Shown piece by piece: positions 51,207 to 64,000 of a DNA stretch of 64,000 bases. Within the stretch, counting starts at the first letter, position 1. Every line of letters begins with the position of its first letter. The notes beneath the pieces were generated by a model that saw nothing but the letters and a program-made list of their open reading frames with translations, ran no database searches and was not told the origin of the DNA. The stretch comes from Octopus bimaculoides (lineage: Eukaryota). A program made the position numbers and the translations under genes. The DNA is taken from positions 2,657,070-2,721,069 of the forward strand of contig NC_068985.1 of the NCBI RefSeq assembly GCF_001194135.2. The letters run 5' to 3'.

Positions 51207-51207
51207 G
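51108..51207. repeat. Compound (GT)n(AG)n(CAGA)n microsatellite
   Basis: Direct read. Confidence 0.9.
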
Positions 51208-52129
51208 AGCCAGCCTTCCTTTTCTAATCTATTACACCAGTGACCTTTCTCTCAAAGTAACTCATACTTCACACCACTGACTATCTTTCATCTCTTGTCC
51301 TTCACAATCCACACCTCACTCTACATCTCTCCTTTACTATAATCACCTTGTCATCTACTTCCTGCCTCCACCTTCTCCCCTTTTCACTTACCCACTTTCT
51401 TTACACCTCCACTGGCCATTACATTACTTTCTGCTACTCTGTCAATGTATATTTGTCCAAAACTTTACACTTTTCCATTGCTCATGACAAACATATGAAT
51501 TAACAAAGTTTAATAAACCTCTTGACACCACCTATTTCTCAAAGGTTTCGGCATTTCCAAAACAAGGCAACTGAAGCTGGCTCCATTATAGTGTTTATGA
51601 CAAGACTGATCAATTACCTTAAAGATTTCTGAAAGCAATCATGTAAATAAACTAGAAATAATGTATATAAACATCAGGTTTTCAATCACATAAATTCACA
51701 TCTTCAATGATTATCCAATTTAAAAGTACTGTAATCTTTTAGTATTTTTAGCATCAGTTAATACTGCCATTTCAAACCTCCTCTATCATATAGCCTTATT
51801 TTATATTTACAAAATAATGGCTTCTAATGACCTTTTGTTACCCAGTTAATTTTACACAGAAATGAAATATAAAAAGTAAAAAATTGAAAAATAAAACTGA
51901 AATGCCTATCGACCATTTTACATCAAAAGATATGTGTGGCATGAAATTTTATTATTTTTAGGGTTAGGGAATCAAGCCAAAGAAACAAGGGAATGTAAGA
52001 GTGAAAAGTGTTTCTCAGCCCATCTAGGAGTGTAGGGACTACAGACAAGAACTGACTCACACTATTTTGATTCTGACAACTCATGGAAATGTGGACATAC
52101 GATGAGGATGAAGAGGATGATGAAGCGGA

Positions 52130-52245
52130 TGATGGAGCGCTAAATCAGATTGGAGTCTGGTGCAGCTCCCCGGCTGGCCAGTTCTGGTCAAACCATCCAA
52201 CCCATGCCAGCATGGACAATGGGCATTAAATGATGATGATGAGGA
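52130..52245 (+). mobile_element. Family C tail
   Basis: AATCAGATTGGAGTCTGGTGCAGC..GGCATTAAATGATGATGATG. Confidence 0.8.
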
Positions 52246-55099
52246 TTTTGTATTTAAAAGAAACTGCAACTGAAATATGCTCGAAAACTATAGAAACATC
52301 AGTTGCCATTTTGAATCAAGAATTGACATTTCATCAAGGGTTGTACTCTCTCTCTATCTCATGTTATACTTTTAGTACAGGTCCTGTGAGAAAATTTATC
52401 CCTGCTCCTAAATATGGAGTGTTTACAGAATATGATTGAGTCTGAATGGTTGTTAGCCAAAACAGAACAAAGGGAGAGAAAAGTAATTGAACCAATAAAT
52501 AATAAGCTTAAAAGATTGAATCAAATGTCTGCACATGAAGATGAGAGGAAAGATTTTGAATCTGCAAACGAAGATAGAGAAACCAGGCTGAGCCAAGTAG
52601 CTGAAATTGCAGAGTTAGGAGGCTGAGGCACAGAATAATCAGGTTTCAACTGAAACTCCAGAGATAAGAGACTGAGGCAACTCTCTTAAGCAAAAGAGCC
52701 AAGAGGAAAGGGAAGTAATATTAGGAAATACAGCATGTTTGCAGCCGGTTGGCCTTCAGCTTACAAAGCTCACACAAAAGTACAGGCCAAGTTCCATAAA
52801 TGACAGTAAAACAAAGAAATAGAAGAACCACTCAGGGAAGGAGGTACAGGTCTAATAATGAATGCTACTAATGGGCCATTCCAGAAGCAAAATGTATTCC
52901 CTATACCATTAGTACTCAACCAAGGTCCATTTAAGATTTTGTTGTTAAAATTAATCTGCAAGAAAATGGCAACGTTTCTACAATACATAAACTATTTTAA
53001 CAATAATCTAATAATTCCTAATAATATTTAATCATAGAAATACAATAATATGATTCTTTTAAACACTGAATGGCTAGGAGGGTCCATCTGAATAAAAGAG
53101 GAATCAAAGGGGTCTATAGGTAAAAAATGGTTGGTAAATACTGATCTGTCCTTCCCCAAAAAGGATGCACAGAATCTCTTTTGCCCCTGGTCGTTGCTAC
53201 AATCGCTATCAATGGCCGACTGAATGAAATTTTTGACGCTGCTTTGAGGGAAAAGGTAAAGCTTGCTTTGCTGCTTACTGTTTCACCAAAGATAGTCAAC
53301 AGCTTTGATATTTTATGAACAGGAAAGAGGTTTTTTTTTGGACAACTAAAAAAAGCACTGCCCAGAGAGCAGCGTTTCTCCCAGCAGTAGCAGCAGCAGC
53401 AGTAGTAGTAGTAGTAGTAATAGTAATGGCCATAAAAATAATATAGGCTAGTGTTTTTAATAATACTAGTACTAATAAAAAAAATAATATTTCGTTGTGA
53501 TTATGAAAAAAGTAGCAAAACAGAATCAGAAAATAAAGAAGGGGGAAAAAAAAATCAAATTAAAAAAAATCTATTTGCCAGATCATAGGCAAGAGAAATA
53601 CTTTGAATGGTGTTTATATAAACAGTTTATAGCCTACTTGTGTATATTTAGTTAAGGAAACAATATTTACTGCTAAAAGCCATTAAATATGTACAGCCTG
53701 GTTAGCAACAACAGATTTTCTTGTTTTACATTTAATGCACACTATGTTGCTTGATGGTGTGCTCTATAATCTAGATAGATGTTCAGCTGGTGTTGAAGAT
53801 GATTATTATTATGAGAAAGAAGGGAGAGGACAAAGGCTTCTTTTTGTTTTTATCTTTTGTGGGTTTTTTTTAAAGGTTGGCTAGTTGGAGGAGTAGGAGG
53901 AGGAGGGAGGTGATGTGCACAGCAAGGGGAGAAAGAAGGGGAAACGGTAGGGAGGGGAAATGACAGTTTGGGGAGTTGAGTTTGTAAGAATGGAAGGGGA
54001 GGAAGAATTGGTGGTGGAGGAGGAGGAAATCATGTTTATAGAGTTGTGAAAGGTAAGGGGAAGAAGCAATGTAGGTGCTGGTGTATAGAATGTGTTTGGG
54101 TGGGAGAGGGAGAAGGTGAAGAGGATAAGAGGGTGCATGATGTGGCAAGAAAGAAGGGTCTTAGAAGAAGGGGTCATAGAGTAGGGAAAAGAGGGAGAGG
54201 GAGAGAGGTGAGAAGGTATGGGGGGAGGTGGGAAATACTCATAGAAAGGGACATAGCTTAGCAGTTTCTGAAGCAGCAAATGCTGTTACTGAACACAAGA
54301 AACGATGTTTCAAGGAATAGAATAGAATTAAAAAAAAAAAGAGAGAAACAAAGAAAAGAAGTGAAAACTCTTTTAAATACTTTTCTACAAGAGTATAAAT
54401 GGGTTGGATAATTGTTCAAATGTTGGGTTTGCAAGAACAGCAACTACCAGAAAGAGAGGAAGGTGTCATTTAACAACAGTGAGCATTGATGGAAGTGGTA
54501 AAGGTTCACTTGAAGGGAGTCTAGCATAACAGGGTTGTTGGATATAGTTGGTATATTTTGTTGTTTAACCCCCAAATGAGCTTTGACTCAGCAGATCTAC
54601 TATCAATGGTACTTTAGCTGTGACAGTCCTGTCTTTTGGACTGAATTATCCAATGCCCTTCCTCTTTTAAAGTATAAATTATTATGAAGGAGATTTGACT
54701 ACTATTTCAAGCATGTTGAGAGATCATTTAAAAACTCTCGTGTTGGTTCCCTGACTACATAGAAACTTGTGTTTATAGGATGATAGGGTGTAAATTTTGG
54801 GGTGATTCAGCTGCTATTTCTAGCAGACTGAATGATTTTGTAGGGGGCCTCATTAATGACTTAATGTATGTTTAACTAGAATTTTAAGGCAAAGTAGGAA
54901 GATGAAAACAAAATTTTTTCATCTTCCTACTTCGCACAACACAAGAAAACTTAATAATTATGATTAGGATGCACTCTCTAAACAGAAGTTATTGTAGAAC
55001 TGCTCCAAGAAATAGGGCCAAGATGTTGGAGTCATTTTTTAGTCAGAAATGCAATAGACTGGCCTTGTTTAGGGATATAATTGAATTTGGAGTTAAGAT

Positions 55100-55340
55100 T
55101 ATTTGCCAATATAACATGGCAGTCCTGGTTTAGGACGAATATTGCTGTAATTTAGCCCCAGAAGACATTGTCTCCAGATGGCTCTATGGCACGATCTGTG
55201 TCCTTATATTTTCGAACAAGGGAATCTAGCATCCCCACTCAGCTCAAAACAATATCTATGTATAGCGATTTCTGGGTTATTTCCCTTCATCAGCACAGAA
55301 TAATTGTTCGGCTAGAGGTGGCGTTGCCAAATTCCTGTTT
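55100..55340 (-). mobile_element. Hammerhead-containing repeat, probably a Penelope-like pLTR or non-autonomous derivative
   Basis: Contains the 55256-55300 hammerhead. Its downstream part (55217-55105) shares blocks TGGCAGTCCT, ATTTAGCCC and CTGTGTCCTTAT with the arms of the 62476-62740 fold-back. Confidence 0.5.
55256..55300 (-). ncRNA. Minimal type I hammerhead-ribozyme-like motif
   Basis: Minus strand TTCTGTG-CTGATGA-AGGG aaataa CCCA-GAA-ATCGCT-A-TACATAG. Canonical CUGAUGA and GAAA cores, stem II GGG/CCC, near-palindromic stem III, CUA triplet, stem I TGTG/TACA. Confidence 0.65.
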
Positions 55341-55430
55341 GAAATATATAGTTTTCAAAGTGACAGCTAGTCACTGATCTATAAATTAGATAATGGAATT
55401 AGTTCAAGGATGATAATTCTCATTCTAAAC

Positions 55431-55705
55431 CAGTGGTTCCCAAACTATTTCAGGCTGCTATCCCCTTGACACGCAGGCCACATTCCTAATGACCCCAGCC
55501 CAATTAACCATCCCAAACATGGACCTCTTTCTGAAGCAAATTCAAACCAACTGTATTTCACAAATAGAACTTAACCTAATGAACCCGTTATTTTGTTGTT
55601 TTTACATGAATCGCTACTCCATTATCACCCCACTTTTCTTCAACACCCCCTTGGAATTTTCCACTGCCCACAGGAGGGCAATACTGCCCACTTTGGGAAC
55701 CAATG
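55431..55705. mobile_element. hAT (Charlie-like) MITE
   Basis: TIRs CAGTGGTTCCCAAA / TTTGGGAACCAATG; perfect 8-bp TSD TTCTAAAC (55423-55430 and 55706-55713). Confidence 0.9.
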
Positions 55706-55791
55706 TTCTAAACTGTTGTCCTTCTAGTCAGCAATGAAGTAGGGCTACTAATTATTTGGTAGAGTTTCCATTGATGTAGCTTATCTTTTAT

Positions 55792-56122
55792 ATTATTTAC
55801 TTGTTTCAGTCATTAGATTGTGGCCATGCTGGAGTACAACCTAGAAAAATTTATAATCAAATGAATCGACCACAGTATTAGTTTTTAAAACCTAGTACAT
55901 ATTATATCAATCTCTTTTGCCAAACCACTAAGTTACAGGAAGGTAAACACACCAACACTAGTGGTGGGCTTCTTTCAGTTTCTGTTTACCGAATCCACTC
56001 ACAACGCTTTGATCAGTCTGATTCTATAGTAGAAGATATGTGCCCAAGGTGCCATGCAGTAAGACTGAACCTGGAACCAAGTGGTTGGAAAGTAAGCTAC
56101 TTACCACACAGCCATGCCTGTA
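55792..56122 (-). mobile_element. Family A SINE
   Basis: Reverse-complement copy. Confidence 0.8.
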
Positions 56123-57592
56123 TCTATAACAATGCCTGTGCCTACAGTTTGACCAAATAATTCACTTAGTAATTATTGATATGTCACTGTCTTCAAAACG
56201 GTCAATACTGAACATTTATTTGTTTCAAATTCTTTATTCACAGTTTTACTGCATATTGTTTCAGCCGTGTTATCTAAACTTATATTCATCTCAATAAATA
56301 TGTAAGCAGGAGATATTTCTGTTTTTGTGTATTTTAGGACTGGCTACCAAGATTTTGCATCACCATCCAATAAAACTCTCATGTAACAAGCTTGCCAGAT
56401 AAATGATCCTATATTTATAAATATTTATATATGATCTGTGTATGTGTGTGAGAAAGAGGGGAAGAGAAAGGGTATGTGTGTGTGTGTTTATTCATACATA
56501 ATTTTTATCCTGCAACAGCAGAACAATGCATTGATAGCAAGGAATCATTCACACAGATCTGTACAAATGATTCATTGCCAAAACCAATATAAAACTATAT
56601 GAACTAGAAAAATAGGAGGTAATACTAAAATAACACTGGAAATAATAAGCAAAATACAGGAATAATAGGTAATTCAGAAAGCCCAGCAGAAAATAAAGGC
56701 CTTACATATTATATAAAAGACAAATATTTGATTGCCTGTAGACACCTAAAAGATAATCATTTTTTCTTAAATCATTTTTATCTGTTAGCAACACATAATT
56801 AATAGGAACAATGGAAAAATTAAATTTTCATTATTTTGGAGAGAAAAGTCAAAATCAGTGGGATCAGCTGAATAATTGCAAGTCTAATTTTTAAAATTTT
56901 CTTCCATAAAATTAAATTTTACACTTATCTTTAGAAATAAAAGAAACCAAAACATAATTTTATTTTAGTTATATATTTGAGCTCGATGAATGAGAGAATT
57001 TTCAAGATTTTCAAATTTCTGTTTCAAAATTTGGAAGAATAGGGTGGCTTAGCTAAAATAAAACAAACAAGTTGCTCATCAACACAAGCTTAAACTGTTC
57101 GGTTTTAGAGCCCTAACTTTAAACATCTACCTTAAACAAAGTGAGAATCTTTGAAAAGATGATTGGTTGATTGGAAATAGAGAACAAATCCTCCTTAGAT
57201 TGGATCCCACCCTGTGGTATCTTCAACAGAAAAAAAAAAAGAACAAATAGCCACAGATGGAATATCTTTGATTATAGGTTTGTTTGATCAGAGCTGATCC
57301 AGGCCAAGATAACAATGCCTGTTATACGCACATCAAAATGGTACACATTTTCTGGCAGTTTCTCACCTAATTTTGACTTAAAATTAACTTTACAGCCAGC
57401 TCTCTACTATTTCTGTGTGTTACATGGAATAGCAGTTCTCTCTCTTTCTCTTTCTCTCTCTCTCTTTCTCTGTGTGCATGTGTGTGTGTAGTCCACAAGA
57501 TCTGTCTGCTTCATTTTAGTGCACCTCAGACATTCAAAAATTCTAGGGATATGAGAACTGTATATATCTTGAGACCTGCCTCTCTATGAATA

Positions 57593-57680
57593 TATGAGAT
57601 GGCATCAAAAAGTTCCCAGATTAGTTATGTTTAATAAAAAAATAATTTATCTACCTAAGTTTTAACACTGTCTCCATTGG
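57593..57680 (+). mobile_element. Possible mariner TIR fragment
   Basis: TA|TATGAGATGGCATCAAAAAGTTCCCAGA resembles mariner-family termini. Confidence 0.35.
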
Positions 57681-57919
57681 CAAGACCTCGCTCGAATGAT
57701 TTTCTAACGTGCCAGTAAGGCGACGCTGGTAATGATCATGCTCAAATGGTGCTATTTACGTGCCACCAGCACGGAAGCCAGACAGCTGTAAAATGAATGA
57801 ATGAAGCACACGCATACACACTATATATGTGTGTGTGTGTGTGTGTGTACATGAGAATCATTCCTGGATTTTATATGTATATACATATATATATATATAC
57901 ATATATGTATGTATGTATT

Positions 57920-58086
57920 TTGGCGTGGCTGTGTGGTAAGAAGTTTGCTTCCTAACCACATGGTTTCAAGTTTAGTCTCATTGTGTGACACTGAAGGTAA
58001 GTGACTTCTGTTACAGCTTTGGGCCAACCAAAACCTTGGAGATGGAAACGCAAAGAATCCCATCATGAGAGTGTGTGTGCATGTAT

Positions 58087-58137
<51 letters not shown>

Positions 58138-58140
58138 CAT

Positions 58141-58177
<37 letters not shown>

Positions 58178-58388
58178 GCGTGTGTGTCCCTACCACTGTT
58201 TGACAACAGATGTTGGTGTGTTTAGTCACCATAACTTAGCAGTTCAGCAAATAAGACCAATAGAATAAGTACCAGGCTTAAAAAAACAACAAAAAACAAG
58301 TACTGGGGTTAATTCATTCCACTCCAAATTCTTCAAAGTGGTGCCGCAGCATGACCACAGTTTAATGACTTAAACAAGTAAAAGATAA
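57920..58388 (+). mobile_element. Family A SINE with expanded internal (CA)n/(TA)n/(GATA)n
   Basis: GGCGTGGCTGTGTGGTAAGAAG head and GTGCCGCAGCATGACCACAG tail. Confidence 0.8.
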
Positions 58389-61300
58389 AATATATATGTG
58401 TGTGTGTGTATGTGTATATGTGAGTACATGCGTATACACACTCACAAGTGTGCGTTTTGTATGATTATCAAAAGGAAATAAACATGAAAGAAGAATAAAA
58501 AAAGAGGCTGTTTTGTACAGGTTTAAAACTGATGTTGTTATGAATAAATAACCAAAGAATTCAAGAGGTAAAAAAAAGAGTGAGTTTCAAGCAGTATTGA
58601 GTGGTCAAACTTTTATAGATTTTACATCATTCAACATGATTAATCACTCATGCATGGGAAAGAAGAGTACCTGATGAATGAACGAAAAAAAAAAAAACCG
58701 AAGTAACAAAACACATCACTGGGGATTGAAACTGGTGTATTGTACTTATTGACAAAATGAAATTACCTGCTGCAGCATTTGTTAGATTGAAAATTTGGTC
58801 AGCTATGCTTCCTTAATTTGCTTCTTCTGGTGAAAGCAGAGAAGTTAATCATAAATAGCTGCAAGTGAAGCTGTTCTACGTACTATTTGTTAACACAATA
58901 ACATTCATTTAGTAAATAAACTTGTTAGAAGGGGAGGTCAGTGAATTTGAATGTTGTGGTCAGTGAGGCAGAGAAAAAGTAAAATGGGCAACTGAATTCT
59001 TTCAAACCTTGATTCTTTCATCTCCAAAGACTTGTCAATGTGATTAAGTTGGAATATATGGCTGATCAAATTTGGGAGGAGGTGTCATTATTTCAGGTTA
59101 ACAATGAAATAAATGTCTAACTACGTTTGGAAATAGACTTAGTCCAAGTCAATGCATTATACAAAGTATGGTGAAGCAATATTCTATGGAAGGGTTGGAT
59201 AAAGAAGTCAGTGCAAAACAGGTTGAAACAAATTGGTTATTACAATAGAATGGTTGAGTGTAACAGTAGCATAATGCTCAAAGTTTAACTGCAAGTGGGA
59301 ATATTGATCGAAGACACCAGTGAAAAGAAAAATAGGTTTTAAAAATGTTTTTCTAAATAATTTGTGCGAAATTTATGAGAAAATCCAACAAGAGATATTA
59401 CTACACAAGAATATCATAAACTACAGAAAATTATTTCTACAGACACAAACACAAAATTATTAACAGCCTCATTGCAATAGAAATTAAAAAGAAAATTAAA
59501 AGAAAAAAAAATTACCTAAAATAAAACAGTTATAAAAAAAGTAAATGAGAATTATTGATACATTAAAATCCATGATTATAAAGATATAAAAAAAATACTC
59601 TCCTACTATTTGATGTAACATTACAAATAAAATGTCTAACTATAAACTGACAAGAACTTTAAAAGGAGGAGATGGGAAGAGGAGAAGGAGAAAGAAAGCG
59701 ATGGAGAAGTGTGTAGTTTGTATGTTATGTAAAGTCTTGTATGACGAGGTGGAATTAACTGTTGGAGCATAGAGCCTAAGAACACTAATAAAGATTCATC
59801 CAATTGTCTTTTTGAATATTGCATACACGAGGAACAGACCATCTAGTTAGGGAGATATTTAATCAATCATAAAACCGTCATCTATCTCTCTAGTCATCCG
59901 TTCTTCAATTTGTTCATCTGCCTCACCGAGTGTACGGACAACAAATCCCCAGAAGCAATAAATACTGATGACATCTGTGAAAGATGCCTTCAGAGTAAAG
60001 AAACCATCCACTGGAGAGGAATGGGATAAAGGGTAGGTAGAATGGCTTGGGTTGTTGGTCTTGAAGGGAAAGAAAATAAGTGAAACAGGGATGGGAAGAA
60101 ATGAAAAGGTGCTCAAAGGAAATTACTGAAATGCAACCAGCCACAGAAACTACATGGAATCTAGAAGAAACAGCAAGGTAGTAACATATTATTATAAGAT
60201 ATAAGGATGGGAGTAAATAAAAAAAAAAAAAATAAGGCTATATTATATAGGCTATGGGCTATTCAATAGCAAATAGAAAATATATGTATGATGGCAAGAA
60301 GCTATTGCATTTTCAGTAAAATAGCATTGTGTAGACAGAGCAAGAAAAAAAAAGGGGGGGGGGGTAAAATGAGAATAATGTTAGGAGAGGCTGCATATGT
60401 AGGAAAATAGAATTAGCATTTTATGGGGAGAAACCAGTACAAATTACTCATAGAATAAAGAATACTAGCCATTAATGGAAACTAATGTTTAAAAGCATTA
60501 CAATCTATTTGATTTAGTATTGTTATCATTTTTCATCATCTTGCTCATCAGTTTTGCTTTTGTAAAATAATACAGAAGAGAGTATGAGAGAATTAGATTT
60601 CATTAAGGATTCAATTATAGGTTGTTGTTTATTTATTTATTTTTTTTATTTATATATAATTTTATTTTAGCTTTTGGAACAAGAGTATTTGAGTAGAATT
60701 AAAAGAAAATATGAAGGGTCCATACTTTGGTTAGCAGTGAAGATAAAAATTCAGATAACTAATTGAAACTATTCATGTTAATGGTAACATTGACAGCTCT
60801 AATTTTAAAAATTAGACCTGGCAAACTGGTATATTTAAACATCAGTGATAAATTTTAATATACACCTGTGCCTTGATTAGTGCATGGAGTTTTTGAGAAA
60901 TGGAGGAAAGACTTGTATAAAGGTATTAATATTATTGCAAAGAGAACTAGCAGAATTATTATAAGCACAGAAAACATTATTTCAGAGGTGAACAGAGTAA
61001 ATTTTTAAAGCCATCAATGAATTACATTTCAAAATACTTTTACAAATCAAGTAAATTTCTGGAATAAATTACTTAAAAACCAAAAATGGAAGTAATGTGT
61101 CAAAATATCAGTGTTTTTTAAAAGAATCCACCTCCTTCCCTGCACAGATTTTAGAATATCCCCTCCACCACCAAGCACTCAAATGCTTTAAAAACTGTGT
61201 ACTCATTTGTGGATGTGTGTATGTTGAATAAATATTAACAATGAGGGATGCCTCAATCTGGTTGCTCCACATGCTGAAAATAACAGCCAAATCTCTTAAA

Positions 61301-62061
61301 AATTTTTTTGTTTTGTTTTACAAAATTTCAATTTTCCCAAATCTGGTTTTCAGAATAATGACACCTACTGCACAGAAACGAGGAATGCATCAACACGTGT
61401 TACTCATCTCCATCAATCAACTGCCAGCAAACTATTAGGTAAAAATTTTGCTTGTCCTTTCATTAACGAGATGGTGAATTAGAGTTTGCATTAATTAAAT
61501 TCTACTTCTCTTTGCAATGAGTTTCAAATCATTTCTTTATTTTTTGAAACATGGCCATTTGTCTGCAACTTTATTCAATCCTCACAGACCCAGCTAAGAG
61601 GAGAATGGGACTGTGCACCTGCACAACCATTCTCTCCAGCGTGTGGTGCAACCACATTGTGTCAGCTGGTTTCACATGCGACTACACAAGTGCAAATGAG
61701 TTTTAAAATATTTTTGATGGTCGGTATAGGAGTAGAACAGAGTGGAGGTATTCACCAAGAGTGAGAAAAGTGAAGTTTTTCAAAAAATTGGATTGAGGGA
61801 GGGGAGATTCATTTTTTCTTAAATCCAAAATTGTAATCTGTATTTTTTCATGTGGAATTCATCCCTCAAGAAATTTTTTTTTTTAAATTGTTTTTAATTG
61901 AATAGTGGGAAGCGGATTTGTGGGGCAAAATCGTTATCTCTAATGTTGAAAACAGAAATTTGAAAACATTTCAAAAGAATACAAAAGATGGAAGTGTATG
62001 CAACACACTCAGTCTCCTATATGCTTATGCATGCATATAGGAGACTGAGTGTGTATATAGG

Positions 62062-62310
62062 GAAGGTGCATGACCTAGTGGTTAGGGTGTGGCACTCTGG
62101 ATTGCTAGATTGTGGGTTTGATTCCTGGACTGAGCATCACATTGTGTTCTTAAGCAAGACATTTTATTTCACGTTGCTGCAGTTCAGTCAACTATAAATG
62201 GGAAAAGGTATGATGGAACAGCCTTCTGGTCATGGGGAATGTTAGCCTGCTCACCAAGCTAGCAGGATGGCAGCATTCAAAAGCTAAAACAATGCAAAGT
62301 ATCATGTATA
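62062..62310 (+). mobile_element. Family E SINE relative
   Basis: CCTAGTGGTTAGGGTG..GGTTTGATTCC..GTTCTTAAGCAAGACATTTTATTTCACGTTGCTGCAGTTCA. Confidence 0.65.
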
Positions 62311-62475
62311 ACAACATGATACACATACATGCACACATATCCATACATACACATACATATGTATATGTACAAATGTATATGCCTATAGTTTGTGAGGTAT
62401 GTTAACAGAAAACTGAACAAGGAGACGAACTCTTGGGATGTTGTTAAACCATTTATATCTTGAATTCTTCTACGT

Positions 62476-62740
62476 ATAAAGTGATAGTATGTTGTCAACT
62501 TAATGTAACAGTCCCATGAAAAGGAAGAATGCTACTGTTATTTAACCCTAGGAAACACCGTTTCCTGTTGGACTTGACACATTTCCTGTGTCCTTATGTT
62601 TGTCTCCACTTTGAAAACATAAGGACACAGGAAATGTGTCAAGGCCAACAGGAAAAGGTGTTTCCTAGGGCTAAATAACAGTAGCATTCTTCCCTTTCAT
62701 AGGACTGCCACATTAAGTTGACAACATGCTATTACTTTAT
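62476..62740. repeat. 265-bp fold-back palindrome (arms about 126 bp, 13-nt loop)
   Basis: 62476-62601 (ATAAAGTGATAG...CCTTATGTTT) is the near-perfect reverse complement of 62615-62740; loop GTCTCCACTTTGA. Confidence 0.95.
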
Positions 62741-63089
62741 CATGCTGCTACTGCATAAATCTCTCTGAGAGATCTAGAAATGTATTATTTCTATCTTCTA
62801 CATGTTTTGATGGATGCACTCCAAAATGTCCGACAGGATAAATTATGGTCAGCAATGTATCAATCTCATCAGGAAGGATATAAATAACAAACTCATCAAA
62901 CAGACATGTGAACAGAAACAGAAAGCCCTATAGAACGTAACGTATTTATATTCATATGCACACTCATACATACTCAAATATGTGATGTGTAAATGTAAAC
63001 ATTATATACATACAAAAACACAAACATATACAAACACATATACATAGACACAGATTAATATATGGAAATTGTAGTTGTGACCCCCAAGC

Positions 63090-63385
63090 CAGTAGTATGT
63101 AAAAAGCACCAGTGGCCGATGCCAGTGCCGCTTTGACTGGCTTCCATGCCAGTGGCATGTAAAAAACACCATCCGATTATGATCGATGCCACCTCCAGTG
63201 GCATGTAAAAAGCACCCACTACACTCTCGGAGTGGTTGGCATTAGGAAGGGCATCCAGCTGTAGAAACTCTGCCGGATCAGAATGGGGCCTGGTGCAGCC
63301 TCCTGGCTTCCCAGACTGCAGTCGAACTGTCCAACCCATGCCAGCATGGAAAGTGGACGTTAAATGATGATGATGATGATGATGA
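63090..63385 (+). mobile_element. Family C copy with upstream hairpin-unit derivatives
   Basis: GTAAAAAGCACC blocks, GGAAGGGCATCCAGCTGTAGAAAC, (GAT)n tail. Confidence 0.85.
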
Positions 63386-63469
63386 TATATAAAATTGAAT
63401 TCACATTCGATTTCAAATCAGTTATGAGTGCACCAGCAATGTCTCTTAGATATGTCTATCTTATATTGA

Positions 63470-63782
63470 TTATCTTTTACTTGGTTCACTCTTTAGACTA
63501 CAGCCATGCTGGGGCACCACTTTGAAGAATTTTAGCCAAATGAATAGATCTCAGTACCTATTTTTTAAAGCCTGATACTTATTCTATCCATTTCTTTTTG
63601 GTGAACAACTAAGTTACAGATGCATAAACACACCAACATCCGTTGTCAATCAGTGACATGCACAAGGCTTTGGTCAACCTGAGGCTGTAGTAGAAGAACT
63701 CGCCCAAGACAATCATTGGGACTGAACCCGGAACCATGTGGTCAGGAAGCAAACTTCTTACCACACAGCGACGCCTGCATCT
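63470..63782 (-). mobile_element. Family A SINE
   Basis: Reverse-complement copy. Confidence 0.75.
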
Positions 63783-63867
63783 ATAAGTATTTACATTTTC
63801 AAAACAACTTTTACATGGTCTTTGTACATCTGCACAAAAATGCTTTTAGAAAATATATGCACACACA

Positions 63868-63869
<2 letters not shown>

Positions 63870-63912
<43 letters not shown>

Positions 63913-63957
63913 AAGAGAGAAAGTGGGAGAAAGAGAAAGAGAGAGAGAGAGAGAGGG
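63870..63957. repeat. Imperfect (AG)n microsatellite
   Basis: Direct read. Confidence 0.9.
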
Positions 63958-64000
63958 AACATAGAAATAATTGTGCAAGCATATCAAGCAATACTGATAA

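Noticed and set aside
59859-60116. ORF ending RTLGEADEQIEERMTREIDDGFMID
   Set aside because: It lies in purine/pyrimidine-skewed, repeat-like sequence and has no recognisable motif.

Overview
AT-rich, repeat-dominated eukaryotic genomic DNA with seven N gaps. The SINE/LINE/MITE families and microsatellites look like an Octopus (cephalopod) genome; this is inferred from recognising the repeats, not from a search. Only one coding segment is supported: a 102-nt minus-strand exon (10011-10112) encoding DIPWPEGDEVLSEEACAAIQSLLTMNPDKRPRAI, the penultimate exon of Greatwall/MASTL kinase. I found no neighbouring exon. The rest is intronic or intergenic. It contains at least four tRNA-derived SINE families, many 5'-truncated retroposon tails ending in (GAT)n, RTE and CR1/L2-group LINE remnants, pogo and mariner transposase relics, hAT- and piggyBac-type MITEs, and a young TG..CA LTR-like insertion with a 4-bp TSD. 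The most interesting signal is three minimal hammerhead-ribozyme-like motifs. Two fold completely on paper (8863-8902 +, 55256-55300 -) and resemble the small Penelope-associated hammerheads. The third is degenerate and sits in the 3' part of a tRNA-headed SINE (35700-35998 -). There are also two long fold-back palindromes built from retroelement 3' ends (62476-62740 and 5622-5801). Many repeat boundaries are approximate, to within about 10-20 bp.
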